Assembly: GCF_964204645.1 (NCBI RefSeq)
Contig: NC_134025.1
Location: 18,947,101 to 19,011,100 of the forward strand
Direction: 5' to 3'
Source of the DNA: Tubulanus polymorphus
Taxonomy: Eukaryota; Animalia; Nemertea
DNA length: 64,000 bases
Positions 41,196 through 53,183 of the stretch are shown in pieces. A program made the translations under genes and the position numbers. The number at the start of each line of letters is the position of its first letter. Position 1 is the stretch's first letter. The notes below the pieces were generated by a model. The model saw only the letters and a program-made list of their open reading frames with translations, was not told the DNA's origin and searched no databases.

Positions 41196-41958
41196 ACGTC
41201 GAGAGCACAGGACCTTCGGTCTTCTAGTTTCTTTCATAAGTAATTTAGCAATTATCAACATATGATAGATTCCGAAAGACACCACAATATACAATTAACA
41301 ACCATCTAAAAGCTTGCACTAACTTGGTCCACGTCTACATTAGAATCATTCCGATTCCCAGTCCCTGGTTGTAACATTTCATATAACGATGAAAGACAAC
41401 ACCAATCTCTTAGCTCTTTAAAAAGTAAAAAGTAATCAGTTCAAAGTTTGATTAATTCTACGACAGAAGTACAAAACCACCAAGCTTTCAGTACAAGCAT
41501 TTCAGCAAGGCTTGCCCATTTTTTAAATGTCTAACTTGTTCATGTAGTGTGATGCTTAGGACAGCTAGAATGGGCTTGTCTTTTCATGTTAGGATATATT
41601 AGGCCTAACAGAAAATGTACATTATCGCCACGTAGCCTATACCATCTTAACTATTTTATTACTTGTTACATCGTTACAATGTAAATCTTTCTGTAAAATT
41701 TTGAATACTGAATCATTCTTCTTCTGCGCATAAAGGTATAAGGGCCTTGGGCCTCTTGTTCATAGTATTTGTAGTGATAGTATGGCTTTCAATGGCTAGA
41801 AACATTAAAATGTGAATGTTCATTGAAGTCTTCTATCTTGAAAAATGGTTACTTCATAACTCAATCTCCTAAATCAATAGTATTTATCAATGGTTGGCTT
41901 AACTTCAAAAAGTGTATCAATATTTTCAATTCTATTTGATAATTTCTGGTTTTTCCAG

Positions 41959-42116
41959 GAGTTCTGTAACTCGGCTAAGCAATGACCAAAAACAGAATTT
42001 GGTGTTGAAAAATGTGGAGGAAGAACGTGCCAAATTAGAGGCAATTCGGAGCACAGAGAAAGAGAATGATGAAGTCAGTACAAGTAGTACATCCTCGGAA
42101 TCTGAGTCTGACACAG
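41959..42116 (+). CDS. PPP1R12A: MYPT1-like exon
   Basis: ttttccAG| (K)SSVTRLSNDQKQNLVLKNVEEERAKLEAIRSTEKENDEVSTSSTSSESESDT; acidic/Ser stretch as in MYPT1; donor ag|GTattt at 42117. Confidence 0.85.
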
Positions 42117-42197
42117 GTATTTACATGAATTATCCAATAGAAGCTATAATTAGATACAGTTTGAGTAATGAAACAGTGTTTGCGTTTGGTCTTTCAG

Positions 42198-42637
42198 AGC
42201 GTAATAATGTCATCAACAGAAATGCAAGTGTCCACACTGCCATTGAAAATAACAAACATACCCCATCTATTGCTCAACCTAAAAATGAATTGTCAGCCAA
42301 TGCAGCTGAAACGCCTCGTATACAAGATCTGGCTAAAGAGCCAAATAAACCTATGGATGTTAAAGATCGAGTGACAGAACGGTTAAAAGAAAGGCAACGA
42401 GAACGGCAGAGGGAGCGTGAAAAAGCTCAGGAATTAGAACGTGAAAAAGAGTTAAATATAGATCGAAAACAAAAGGAATTGCTGTTTGCAAATGAAAAAG
42501 AAATTGAATTAGAAAAAGAACGAGAAAAGCAATTGAAGTTGGAAACTGAACTGGCTGAAGCTGCTGAAAAAGAGAAGAAACGAATCGAAGAACAGAAAGA
42601 GCGAGAAAAAGAACAAGAAAAACTTGAAAAAGAGAAG
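42198..42637 (+). CDS. PPP1R12A: MYPT1-like exon, E/K/R-rich coiled coil
   Basis: ctttcAG| (E)RNNVINRNASVH...EKEQEKLEKEK |GTtagt; open frame within ORF 41912-42646. Confidence 0.85.
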
Positions 42638-44141
42638 GTTAGTTAGAATGTGTATCCAATGCATATGCATGTATGTTTGTACAGACCACTAATGCAGACA
42701 TCAATGACCTGCAAAATGAAAACCCCTGTAAAGGGCATGTTACTGTCTCAGTGCTTTTATTAATAGCCGTCGTTTATTAATAGGTGTCGGGTCCTGGACC
42801 TGTCTGTTTGTACCTACAGACATTCCTACTGATATTTTCAGGCCGATATCGTTCCCGATCGGCTTTCGTCGCCTCTCAGCACAACTGTGTATTTTGTCAT
42901 TCTGCTGGTCAGGTCAGAAATTGCCAGTATATGTGCTTCACACGTGCGTCACTCGGATCACTGCTCTGTTATTTGACTCGACTTACTATTACTAGCTATA
43001 TGAAAAGTGTGCTTCGACACATCTAGCCGAGTTAAACTTTTCCAAGAAACGGGCAATGTTCCGATCAGTTGCCAGCGAAGCTAGTAGTGCCGCGCATGAC
43101 ATGGCTGTTGGAACAGGGTTTGTAGTGGGCCTTGAAATTATCAAAAGGGAAATTCAAGGCCTTGAAGAAGGAAGCTATATTCCCTTCCATTTCAATAGGT
43201 CTGTGATCGTTGAAATTCATATATTTTATATAAGATTGTATATTTTATTTTCCCCATCACCCTTTCATTTTGCTGGTAAAATCTGTATTCCAACTAATAA
43301 AAAAGCCTTAGTGTTGGCATTTGGTCACTGGCTCGAAAATTAGCAAAGTTGCTGCAGTTTGCAGTTAATTTGGCATGATATTTTGGCAGTGATTGGCATT
43401 GAAATTCAAAATTTCTAGCCTGATGTTCCAGTAAGAAATACTTTTTTGGTATGAAAAAATGCTTTGAAATGCTTATTTTTACCATAGCCTTACACTGCTG
43501 TCTTGTAATTGGCAGAGAACAAATTGATGTCAAATTTTGTGGAATCCATCTATACATTAAAACTGACTCACAACAAACCCCTAATTTCGTGAATCTTACC
43601 CGAATGCCTCAGTTAGGTTTGGTGAACGAAGAAATATCCAATGGCTTACACTAGGGGTTTCAGGTCTTTCACTGACCTCTGCATATGATTTATCCGGTTG
43701 CCCCATTTTGATAAGTTTCCCAACATTGTGTTTGTAGTTGAAAGTACTGTCTAGATTTTGCTCGTTTTGAAAATGTAGATGCTTGAAATCTTGCCATTCA
43801 GCGCTTTGAACAGATACTTTGATCAAAGAATTTGATGAAACTTGTCTCCAAATACTATTTTTTATGTCAATAACTACTGCCTATTGAAAATATAACACTG
43901 CTTCCTAAATTGTGCATTTGATCATTTGATGACCCTATTGAAACAATGTTTCTATCATTATTTTCATAGATGTTGTTGAACATGCAAGTCTCCTTAACTG
44001 TTTTACCATCCCTGTAAATCCTGCTCTGTCAACTAATATGATTGGACATATTCTGCTTCTAACTATAGGACATACAAACTAACTCTAGTTTGTATGTTCT
44101 TACCTAATAATACTGACTTAGCTTGCTATTATTCTCAATAG

Positions 44142-44216
44142 GGATCATTATTTCTAAGACCCGGCACTATTCCTGTGGGTAATAATTCTTCAACTAAACG
44201 AATATATAACAAACAG
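44142..44216 (+). CDS. Candidate symmetric (phase 0-0) exon of the MYPT1-like gene
   Basis: ctcaatAG| GSLFLRPGTIPVGNNSSTKRIYNKQ |GTtagt; 75 nt, stop-free, in non-repetitive sequence; no homology support by eye. Confidence 0.5.
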
Positions 44217-47200
44217 GTTAGTAAGTGCAAATGACCACAATCATTCTTTCTGCGGAGCATTCATATATCAATGCCTCAGATTTCTTGGGGGTTGTCTGAT
44301 ATTGCCAGCTGTATGCAAGATTGAAAATTGGCAATTGATTCATCTGATGATTAATTATTAGCTTGAGAGCTTAAGTTAGCCAAAGTATATGAACACCCCG
44401 AATTATCTGTTTTTGTTAATCCTATAAATGGAGTGTGGCACTTGTAAATTTGATCACCATCCTGGGATTGAAAGTACCTAATCATCCTTGTCTGGATGTT
44501 ATACATGAATTGGCTCTGTCACTAATCAATCAAGACTATTTATAGCCTAATGCTATACCAATCATGATATATCATATCACTAAAGCAATTAATGATGTGC
44601 ATATGTTAAACTACCTGACAAATGCTGGTTTTTTTCTTTCAATATATCTGTTCTTGCCTGATTTAGAATTCGATATACTGGTAATGTTTCTGGCATTAAT
44701 GATTTTTGGACTGCTAAAACTTTATTGCAAGAATTTTCAATACTTCAGTGATTACTGACTCTTGGCTGTATTTAATGTGTAACATTCATCCATTGCAGTT
44801 TAGCAGTTTTAGTTCCAAATGAATAGAAAGTTACTATATGATGTTTTTGCATGTAATTGATTCTACTTTATTTCAATCACATTTAAATCCCTCTTGGGGT
44901 GAAGTACCACCAGACTATTGCGATCATTTTTACCTTTCTTTAGAACACATTCATTAACACAATTTGATGGATGCCTTCACACATTACATTTATTCCCTGA
45001 TTTCATATCAACCATAGACACACTTTAGCTCTATCAGACCGATCAAAATGGCTGACTGGGTTGTATTTCTCAGCCAAAGTATGCACTGTTGCCCGTTTCT
45101 TGATGGATTTTCCTTGATACTTGGTCCACCCCTATTGAAAATCAGTTACCAGCCATCTAATATGATTGCAAGGGCAACTATCTTAAATATCTTGTTAGCA
45201 CTATGTCCTACATTTCTTGATGGATATCCATGATAATTGATCAGACGGTTGAAACAAGTTTATTTATTCCAGACTTGAACAACAAAAGTAAGATGTAGCT
45301 GCAAAGCAGTGATTACGGGTTTTTAGCCTGCTTGGCCAAAGGACATTCGGGCTTACGTTGCACCCCTGGGTCTAGTGGTGGTCTGACATGCATTCGTGCG
45401 TAAGTCAGTGCGGCACTTTCTTTATTTACTTGGATTTTGGATCCACCGCCGAGAATTCCCAGTTTTCTTGAATAAGACATAAATATTTTTTTATTTTCAT
45501 CTCCGCTACCCTGACAAAAAACGGATATAAGAAAACAATTTTGAAAATCTTTAGTTTTATTTTCTTATACTTGAAATACATGTGAAGCTAGAAATCTCAT
45601 CAGTGTGTCAATTTAATTCTAATCTCTATGGATTTATAAACTGTCTAGTGAAATGGCATAAGTGCCAGTTCGTAATAATCTGATACAGAGCAGTTGGCGA
45701 TATAGCTCCATTTAATTACATGGTTTTACTTGACTCTGTAGATTTCTGTTATCTATCCTATATACTTGGGATGAAACTGGAATTCTTAAATGACTGGATT
45801 CTCGGCATTCAATCTGTAAATCCAGGCGATTCATAAAACATCTCAGTTACTTCGGGATCTTAGATTCTTCACTGAAAAATGTAATTTTTAGCCCACTTGG
45901 GACTTAAGTCCCAGCGGGCTATTGCGTTCACTTTTCGTTCACATCTTCAGCCCAAAAATTGGCCGGTCAGATTCAAGATGGCCGACTGGCAGCCATTTTT
46001 GTTCGCCAAGATCAGCACTTTTTACACACTTTTGAAGTTTCAAGGGAAATTTCTAAGACGCTTAAAACAATTACCTTGATCATTCACATATATTTGTATC
46101 CTCCAAGGGCCCATCAGCATAAGAATATTGGGGTGATCAGACTCAAGATGGCTGTCCTGTGACCTTTTTTGTGCTCGAAATGCACAAAATGTCAATTTTG
46201 GCCTGAACTTTTGAATCCTGTACTTCCTAATGTTTTTGGCATTTTTCATCACAATTTTTGGTGGGTATTCTATGAAAGGGATCTTTAATGCGTGTGACAG
46301 GTATTTCGATTGGCGGCCATCTTAGTGTCATCAGTACTCATTCATAGGTGGAAAACGGACTTTTGAGGAAAATAACAGCAGGTTTGAACTTATAGCCTTC
46401 AAATTCAATCATTACTAGCACAGTCATAGGATAAATCCCCTCATATGGAATTTGGGATCACCCAATTTCTTGCCACCAGGGTACTTAGATATTGAATAAT
46501 ATACAATTTGTCTACTTATAATGGTACCTATGCATTTATTGTGACTACAATCAATTGCAAACTTGTAGCTCATGGCATTTATTATGATTTTGGTGAGTTT
46601 CAATGTCATCATTTTTTGTATATGGTCACCAGGGGGCATTGAATTGTACAATAAATTGATTTTCAGGCCAGCCCTAGGCTGAGCCTATTACTATACAAAT
46701 GGAGCGAATTTAAATGACATGATTTCCTGAGTAAAGGCTTTCTGACTGTGCAACTGCGCATATATTCATACAAATCATTCATTAGAGCATTATCCATTCT
46801 CCAACCCCTATGATGCTGAATTTTGAAAGAAGTCCTCATTAAAATTTATATGAGCTTTTTCGCGAAAATCTGATTGCAAAAATATCTGTTTTAAAAAGCC
46901 AATCAGAAAGCAAAGACTCCTCTATGATTGGCTTAGCCGCAGAGATCAGCAGGTGTTCATGTGAACCCGTGGTACCGTCTACCAATTTACTTCCGGGTTT
47001 TATTTTAAGATCTAAAATTGTATTTCAATATCGATTTCTGTGAAACTACAGAAAATATCATTGACAATTGTGCAGTCTGGGAATAAGCTTTTTCTAAAAT
47101 TGGATGGATGACCTTGATATGCTAATTAGCCATGTGCTTAAACTACAAATTCAATCAAATTTTATTCTGCAAAAAATATCAAATCCAATTCAATTTTGTT

Positions 47201-47394
47201 TTATTGAGCAAATTTCAGAAAATTCAATTCTATTCTGCAATCAAATCAATAAGACCAAGGGAAAAGATTTATCTGAGGTATTTGTTCCTGCCAGCTCCAG
47301 TCACTGTCTGTGCTACTTATGAAAACACGATTGAATTGTGTTTAGCCTGGGATTGACCAGTCTGTGAGCTGGGAGTGTATTTGGACAAGTTTTA

Positions 47395-47943
47395 CACGTT
47401 CGCTGCCGCTGAAGAGATAAAACGTCATGGTGGGTGCACCACAGTTTGCCATGAGTTATATCGTCATCGATTGAATGTCATTTTATAGCGTAATGAATGA
47501 CCTGGCAGAGACGAGAAACGAGATAACAATTGTCTGGCAGTATGGAGAGACTAAGATATTGTTTATGGGGGTAACTCAAGTCTGGTGCACACTTGAAATT
47601 TTTTCAAAAAAATCTTCAGAAAGCAATGAATTTTAGTTTCTTTTCCGGCCAATATTTAGAGAGAATATAACGACTAAAATCATTCTGTATCCTTTTTACA
47701 ATAAAACTTTTATTCTTTTAGATTTTTATTTGATTTTTCACACTTTTCACTGGCAATGGGGACAAGAAAAAATTGAGAATCTCTTCACCAGTGCTATCTC
47801 GTCATTGGTTTTTTACACTAAAATATCAGTATGTTTATTTATCAATGTACAAATAGTGCTGGCAGCATATAAATTGTATAATGTCCAAAATTAGTGTCGG
47901 CAATGGTGACCGGATGTTAAACCACTAGGTGGCAGCGAACGGG
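47395..47943. mobile_element. piggyBac-like MITE
   Basis: TIR CACGTTCGCTGCC / GGCAGCGAACGGG, flanks TTTA and TTAA; uninterrupted host repeat at ~31120 reads ggacaaatTTAAcccacagaa. Confidence 0.8.
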
Positions 47944-48029
47944 TTAACCCACAGAATGCATTATTTGCCATTTTATGAAAAGCTGACAGGCTGGCTATAG
48001 TGTCCCTTGGGGCTCTTGTTCCATATTGC

Positions 48030-48979
48030 ATTGGTATCTATGCATATTTTGTGACCAATTGCACAGTTGTAGCTCTTGACATATCTTCTGATTGTGGTGA
48101 ATTATAAGGTCATTGGGTTTTGTATGTGGTCACCAGGGGGTGTTGAATAGTAGGATCACTTAGTATTTCCACATTATATTGGTACCGATGCATATTTTTT
48201 AACTACAATCAATTACAAACTTGTAGCTCAAGGCATATTCTATGACTGTGGTGAGTTTCAAGGTCATTGGATTCAGTATATGGTCACCTGGGTCCAGTTT
48301 CACCAAAAAGTTTTACTAAAATTTGTTGTGTAATTGCAAATGGTTACTTCATGTTTTCAACGAGGACAACAATTTAAACTTAACCGTTTCAGGCTTAAAC
48401 TTTTTCGTGAAACTGAGCCCAGGGGCTTTGTAAAATAGAATAACATAGTATTTCCAAATTATATTAGTACCTAGGCATATTTTTTTACCACAATAAATTG
48501 CAAAATTCTAACGCATGACATGTTCTATGATTGTGGTGAGTTTTAAGGTCATTGGTGTTTGTATATGGTCACCAGTGGGTGTTGAATAGTACAATAATTT
48601 ATAATATCCATATTATATTCGTACCTAGGCATATTTTGTTAACTCAATCAATTGCAAAGTTGTAGCTCATAACATGTTCTGTGATTGTGGTCAGTTTCAA
48701 GGTATTTGCTTTTTGCATATGGTCACATGGGGACGTTGGCATATGGGGGTGTTGAATAGTAGGATAAGTTGGTATTTCCATATAATATTAGTACCTTTCT
48801 ATATTTTGTAACCACAATCAATAGCAAAGTTGTAGCTCTTGACATAATCTGTAATTGTGATGAGTCTCAAATTCATTGGGTTTTGTATATGATCACCAGG
48901 GGCGTTCAATACTGAAACTTAGAATGTTGAGCACTTGAAACCACACCAAGTGGGCATGGTGTCCCTGGACCCCTAGTTT
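48030..48979 (+). repeat. ~150-bp tandem array of a Helentron-like family
   Basis: About 5 units tggtacctaggcatatttt...ggtcaccagggggcgttgaat, ending GGTGTCCCTGGACCCCTAGTT; related pieces at ~9470-9670, 29250-29460, 46500-46650, 53380-53697, 55580-55700. Confidence 0.75.
48291..48419. mobile_element. Small Harbinger-like MITE within the tandem array
   Basis: TIR GGTCCAGTTTCACCAAAAAGTTT / AAACTTTTTCGTGAAACTGAGCC; flanks CTG and CAG. Confidence 0.65.
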
Positions 48980-50506
48980 TATTTTTTCGTGGATTGCTTT
49001 GAATTTTGCCTAAAGATATAGGTAAAAAAAAGAAAAGTTCTTTTTCTTTTTTCCCTTCCACCCACGTAAAAGTGTACACCACCACTGATTTTTTCCCTTT
49101 ACTCCACCAAAGATTTCCTCCCAAAACCCTGAAATCCAAGTAATCAAAAAAAAGCGCCTCATGTTGTAAACACTCTACAAACCACATTCTTCTCTGTGAG
49201 TGTATACACAAATAGATACATTCATCGAAGATTTGTATTGAAAATCACTATTAGAATACTCCTGCTGGGCTGCTAGTGTGGTTTGCTTTATTTATCCACC
49301 TTCTGAGTGAAACATTTCCAAATAATTGCTGATGTGGGATAAGCCTGATCACACAGAGACAATTTTGGCTTGGGCCCATTTGGCACCCATGTGAACAGTT
49401 GTTCCCGGGCCGAAAATGCTCGTATGATTGCGGCTATAACGCTGCATTTAAGAACTGTTGTTGGACTTCAAGTGATGAAAACATTATGAATAGCAACAGT
49501 ACATGTATCAGAGAGAGTTGCATGTTACAGCAGAGAGAAAAGTGTCTGCTTTGTTGAGAAAATGGCGGCGGCCATGGACTTTACCAAACCGTCTTTTTTG
49601 GTTAAAGTTTTAGATGAAATGTTTTTCTGCTTTTGCGAAAATTTACTTATAAAGGTTTCAAACATATATAGTTGTCAAAGAATGTTTATTTAACTGTGTT
49701 TCATTTTCTATCCAAAAGTGGGGTACTTCATCTGGTCATTGGTTTCTGCATCTGTTTGCCAAGGTCCCTGCTAATATAATTTTCAAGACACCGCTTTCAA
49801 ACTATTCATTTAGAGAGATCTGATATCAAGCATTTTAAACCATTCTCCACAGGGGCAGATCCAGACGGAGGCACAAAGAGTATATGGTCCTGTCGCAATT
49901 CCTATGCCCTTTTGAAAATACTGTGGCAATATCTTTCAGGGTACTTTTTCTACCCATGACATATAAGACAGAAGTTTGCTGCGCAAGATTTAAGTGCTAT
50001 AAAATTGTATGAAAATGCACTGAAATTTCAAATTTTCCTTGTTTTGGCTGCGTGGATACTTAAGATGCCCTCATTTGAAGTCTGCCCTTGGATTTGCCCC
50101 GGCTCAAGTGGGCCTTAACTTAATTTTGATTTAATTGTGTTTTTCACATTTTGTTCAAATTGATATTGGCACGCTGTGTAGGGATATTGTTGACTAATAA
50201 CAGGCCCATGCGCAGAGTGGGTTCCAAGAGTTTTTATGCCATTCCCCTCCTAGAAAGCGCTTAGGTGCAGGCTGCCAGTCAATGGCCCATGCAGTTTGAT
50301 GTCTTAGGTTTGATCATACATGCCCTAAAATCAAAATTATATTAGAAAATCCTTTTGCAACCCTGCGTATGGGCCTGCCTTTAATCCCTATATTTACAAA
50401 TTATATCGTTTCATGAGTTGTTCAGCTTCCTGTATTTCGCATGGGTATTCATGAATTTGTATGATATTTGCTTTGGTGGTTATATGCATGTATAAATGTC
50501 TATTAG

Positions 50507-50686
50507 GTCTCAGTTCCTGCTTCTAAACCGAATGAAAATGAAGGCCCTAGAACGTGGCGTCTTGGGTTACGTAAAACTAGCAGCACTCACCAAGTTTCAA
50601 ATCTTAGTCGTGATGACAAGATTAACAAAGAAAAGCCTGGTTTATTTCGGTCATATTCAAGTCCCTTTCTGGCAGAAAATGATAAA
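50507..50686 (+). CDS. PPP1R12A: MYPT1/PPP1R12A-like exon with regulatory phospho-motifs
   Basis: tattAG|...|GTaagt; 180 nt; VSVPASKPNENEGPRTWRLGLRKTSSTHQ...GLFRSYSSPFLAENDK, matching MYPT1 WRLGLRKTGS and RSASSP motifs. Confidence 0.92.
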
Positions 50687-51813
50687 GTAAGTGTCAGCTC
50701 ATTAAAAGGAAGATTTGCTTTTCCTCAATGGTGATTGAAATTGTGTGAACTAAAATCAATATAAACCTATCTAGTAAGAAAGTACCACACAATGGTCTTC
50801 ATCATAGAAATTGGAAGTGTTCCTCTTTTAAGATTTGACATGATTTTTTATTCTTAAAAAGTAGATGATTAGGCCCAAGAATGAGATGCCTTGTTTTTTG
50901 TCACAGCAAGATAGTTAGATAAGACGAGGGCAGGAGATTTTTATTTTCACTTTCTTGTTTACATAAAGAAATCCTAATGAAAAATTATTCATTACTAATT
51001 TTTCCATGACCATGGTAGAGGTATCTCTTTTTTATATGAGGTCAAAATTCCCTAGTTACATTAAAGAATTCTAGCCAGATTTCCAACACCAGAAAAATTC
51101 AAAACTAGAGTAAGTCTATAAATCGATGGGGCGGACTTTTTTTAATTGAATTTCAAGAATCATTAAGTCAAATCTTCTTAACAAGATTCTTTGCAAAGAC
51201 AACTTCTTTGGTTGTTGACACTGACTGATAAAAAGACTGAAGTTTGCATGAATTCCACAGGGATAAACATTTGTAACCACAAAGAAGGTTCAAGGCCCAG
51301 TGATATCTTACACAAACTTTGGTCCGAATCATGGGTTACAACTAGGACAATCAAGCTTGCAAGCAGAGATTGTGAAATACTATGAGAGAAAATGAAAAAA
51401 AACTGACTGAAGTCCTTTTCAGCACGGCGGGGTGTGCAGATTTCAATTTTGATTTTCATTTTGATTTTTTTCATTCCACAATCCTTTTTTATTTACAACT
51501 TTTGTCGCAAAAAATTAAGATGCTGGCATTGATGAGAAACAAGGTATCTTTTTGTTTTCGCTTTACATCAGTGTGCACTGTATGTATCATATGTTTACCT
51601 AAGTGTGTATGCTATTTCTATTTCCACTACCTATGACCAGATTTTATCTTCCTATTGTTTCTGCCTGTATTACAGACTTTTACTTGAATTTTTCTCTTGA
51701 TTTTCCTCTTGATCAAACCTTATTGATTTTAATTTGTTCTTGACTATGTCTGTAATGTCTGTTTCTTTCTTTAAAGCTCATACTTACAAGACATGCATAT
51801 ATTTTTGTTGCAG

Positions 51814-51863
51814 GAACGAAAATCTAGTCAAGATACTGAACTGGCAAATAGAGAAAGAAGAAG
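51814..51863 (+). CDS. PPP1R12A: MYPT1-like small exon
   Basis: ttgttgcAG| ERKSSQDTELANRERR(R) |GTaaat; 50 nt, phase 0 to 2, after a long pyrimidine-rich tract. Confidence 0.75.
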
Positions 51864-52482
51864 GTAAATAGACAAGTATAAAGTTCCACCATTAGACACT
51901 TAGAATTCAGACGCTAAGAATTCAGACGCCTGCTTTATGTTTTCTGTTGTGAAATGGCATCAGAGAGTATGTCACATGAGTTAATTGACAAGTGTGGACT
52001 GGCTTCCTTTCCGATTTTGCAGCAATAATGATAAGCCGCCCTCTGGATAAGAAAATTCGAAAAATATAAATTTTGATTGACATTGGTCAAAGAACGTTAT
52101 GTATCAAATATTGGTGACTCCTAGAATATCATTCTCATGACATTTGGAGACAATCTCTTTTGAGACTTTTTAGGTTTCTCAAACTTTCATGGATTTTATG
52201 CAGTTGTATAAGCAAGCTCTCTTTCATTTAGTTACTAAATTGGTAGCTTTCTTGTGATTTGAAAAAGATCGGGCTGAAAAATATCTGAAGTATCATTCGC
52301 ACTGTACCCCATATGCTTATTAGCCATATTGGATTGTCGCAATTGCGTCTATTTCCCTCAAACCTGGACACTGAAGTTACACAAAAGTAAAAGTAATTTC
52401 TGAGCCTTAGGGAGCATTTGCCAACTCTATAACATACAGGTGTGGAAGAGTACCAGCATCTAGTTTTCATAGTTTTTCATCA

Positions 52483-53183
52483 GGCCATTCCAAAATAATT
52501 GTCTGTTTGCCGTTACACTGACCAAGTTTTCAGGATGAGTCGGTAAGTAGAAATATTATTTTGGTTTACCTTTGTTAGCCATATTGAAGTTGGCATTGAG
52601 CCAATTATGTAAAAAATCGCGGTACGTTTTTTATGTGAGCATTTGTTTCATTGGTTCTCAGCCTAAATGACGTATAATCGATACGATCGAAGACATGGCG
52701 AACCTCCGTCGGTTAAATTCTACGAAAAACGGTTTTGGGCGGGAAAATTCTTAACTCGAATTGCAATGACCTCGATTGGGGGCGTTGTCTCTACGAGTGA
52801 ATGTGATTGGCTGTTTTTCGCATATACAGGGAATTCCGGCGCTAATAAAATAATTATGGGAAAGCCAAAATGGGGAACGTTTCATGGGTTGACACGTGCG
52901 CGGGAGCGCTAATCATTAGACAGTTGCACACACACACACACACGCTCGTACTACTGCTTTCTTGAAAAACTTAAACTAGGCCACACTCGAGGGATGTTTT
53001 CACACGATGCACACTTTACTTCAAACATACGTAGCTCATACATCGGTAGCGGGTCGGTCGGTCGGTCGTTTTTTATAAAGAATAAGATTTATTTCAATGA
53101 ATCAAAAAAATAAGTTTTCACTCGGTACCTTTGAAGTCAGGTCGGTCGGGTTACGGCAAACAGACCATTATTTTGGGATGGCC
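52483..53183. mobile_element. TIR DNA element (GGCC termini) containing a family A fragment
   Basis: TIR GGCCATTCCAAAATAATTGTCTGTTTGCCGT / ACGGCAAACAGACCATTATTTTGGGATGGCC; family A piece at 52560-52950. Confidence 0.7.

Noticed and set aside
41912-42646. Stand-alone 244-aa gene from the ORF track
   Set aside because: Its start is intronic; it is two spliced exons of the MYPT1-like gene plus an in-frame intron
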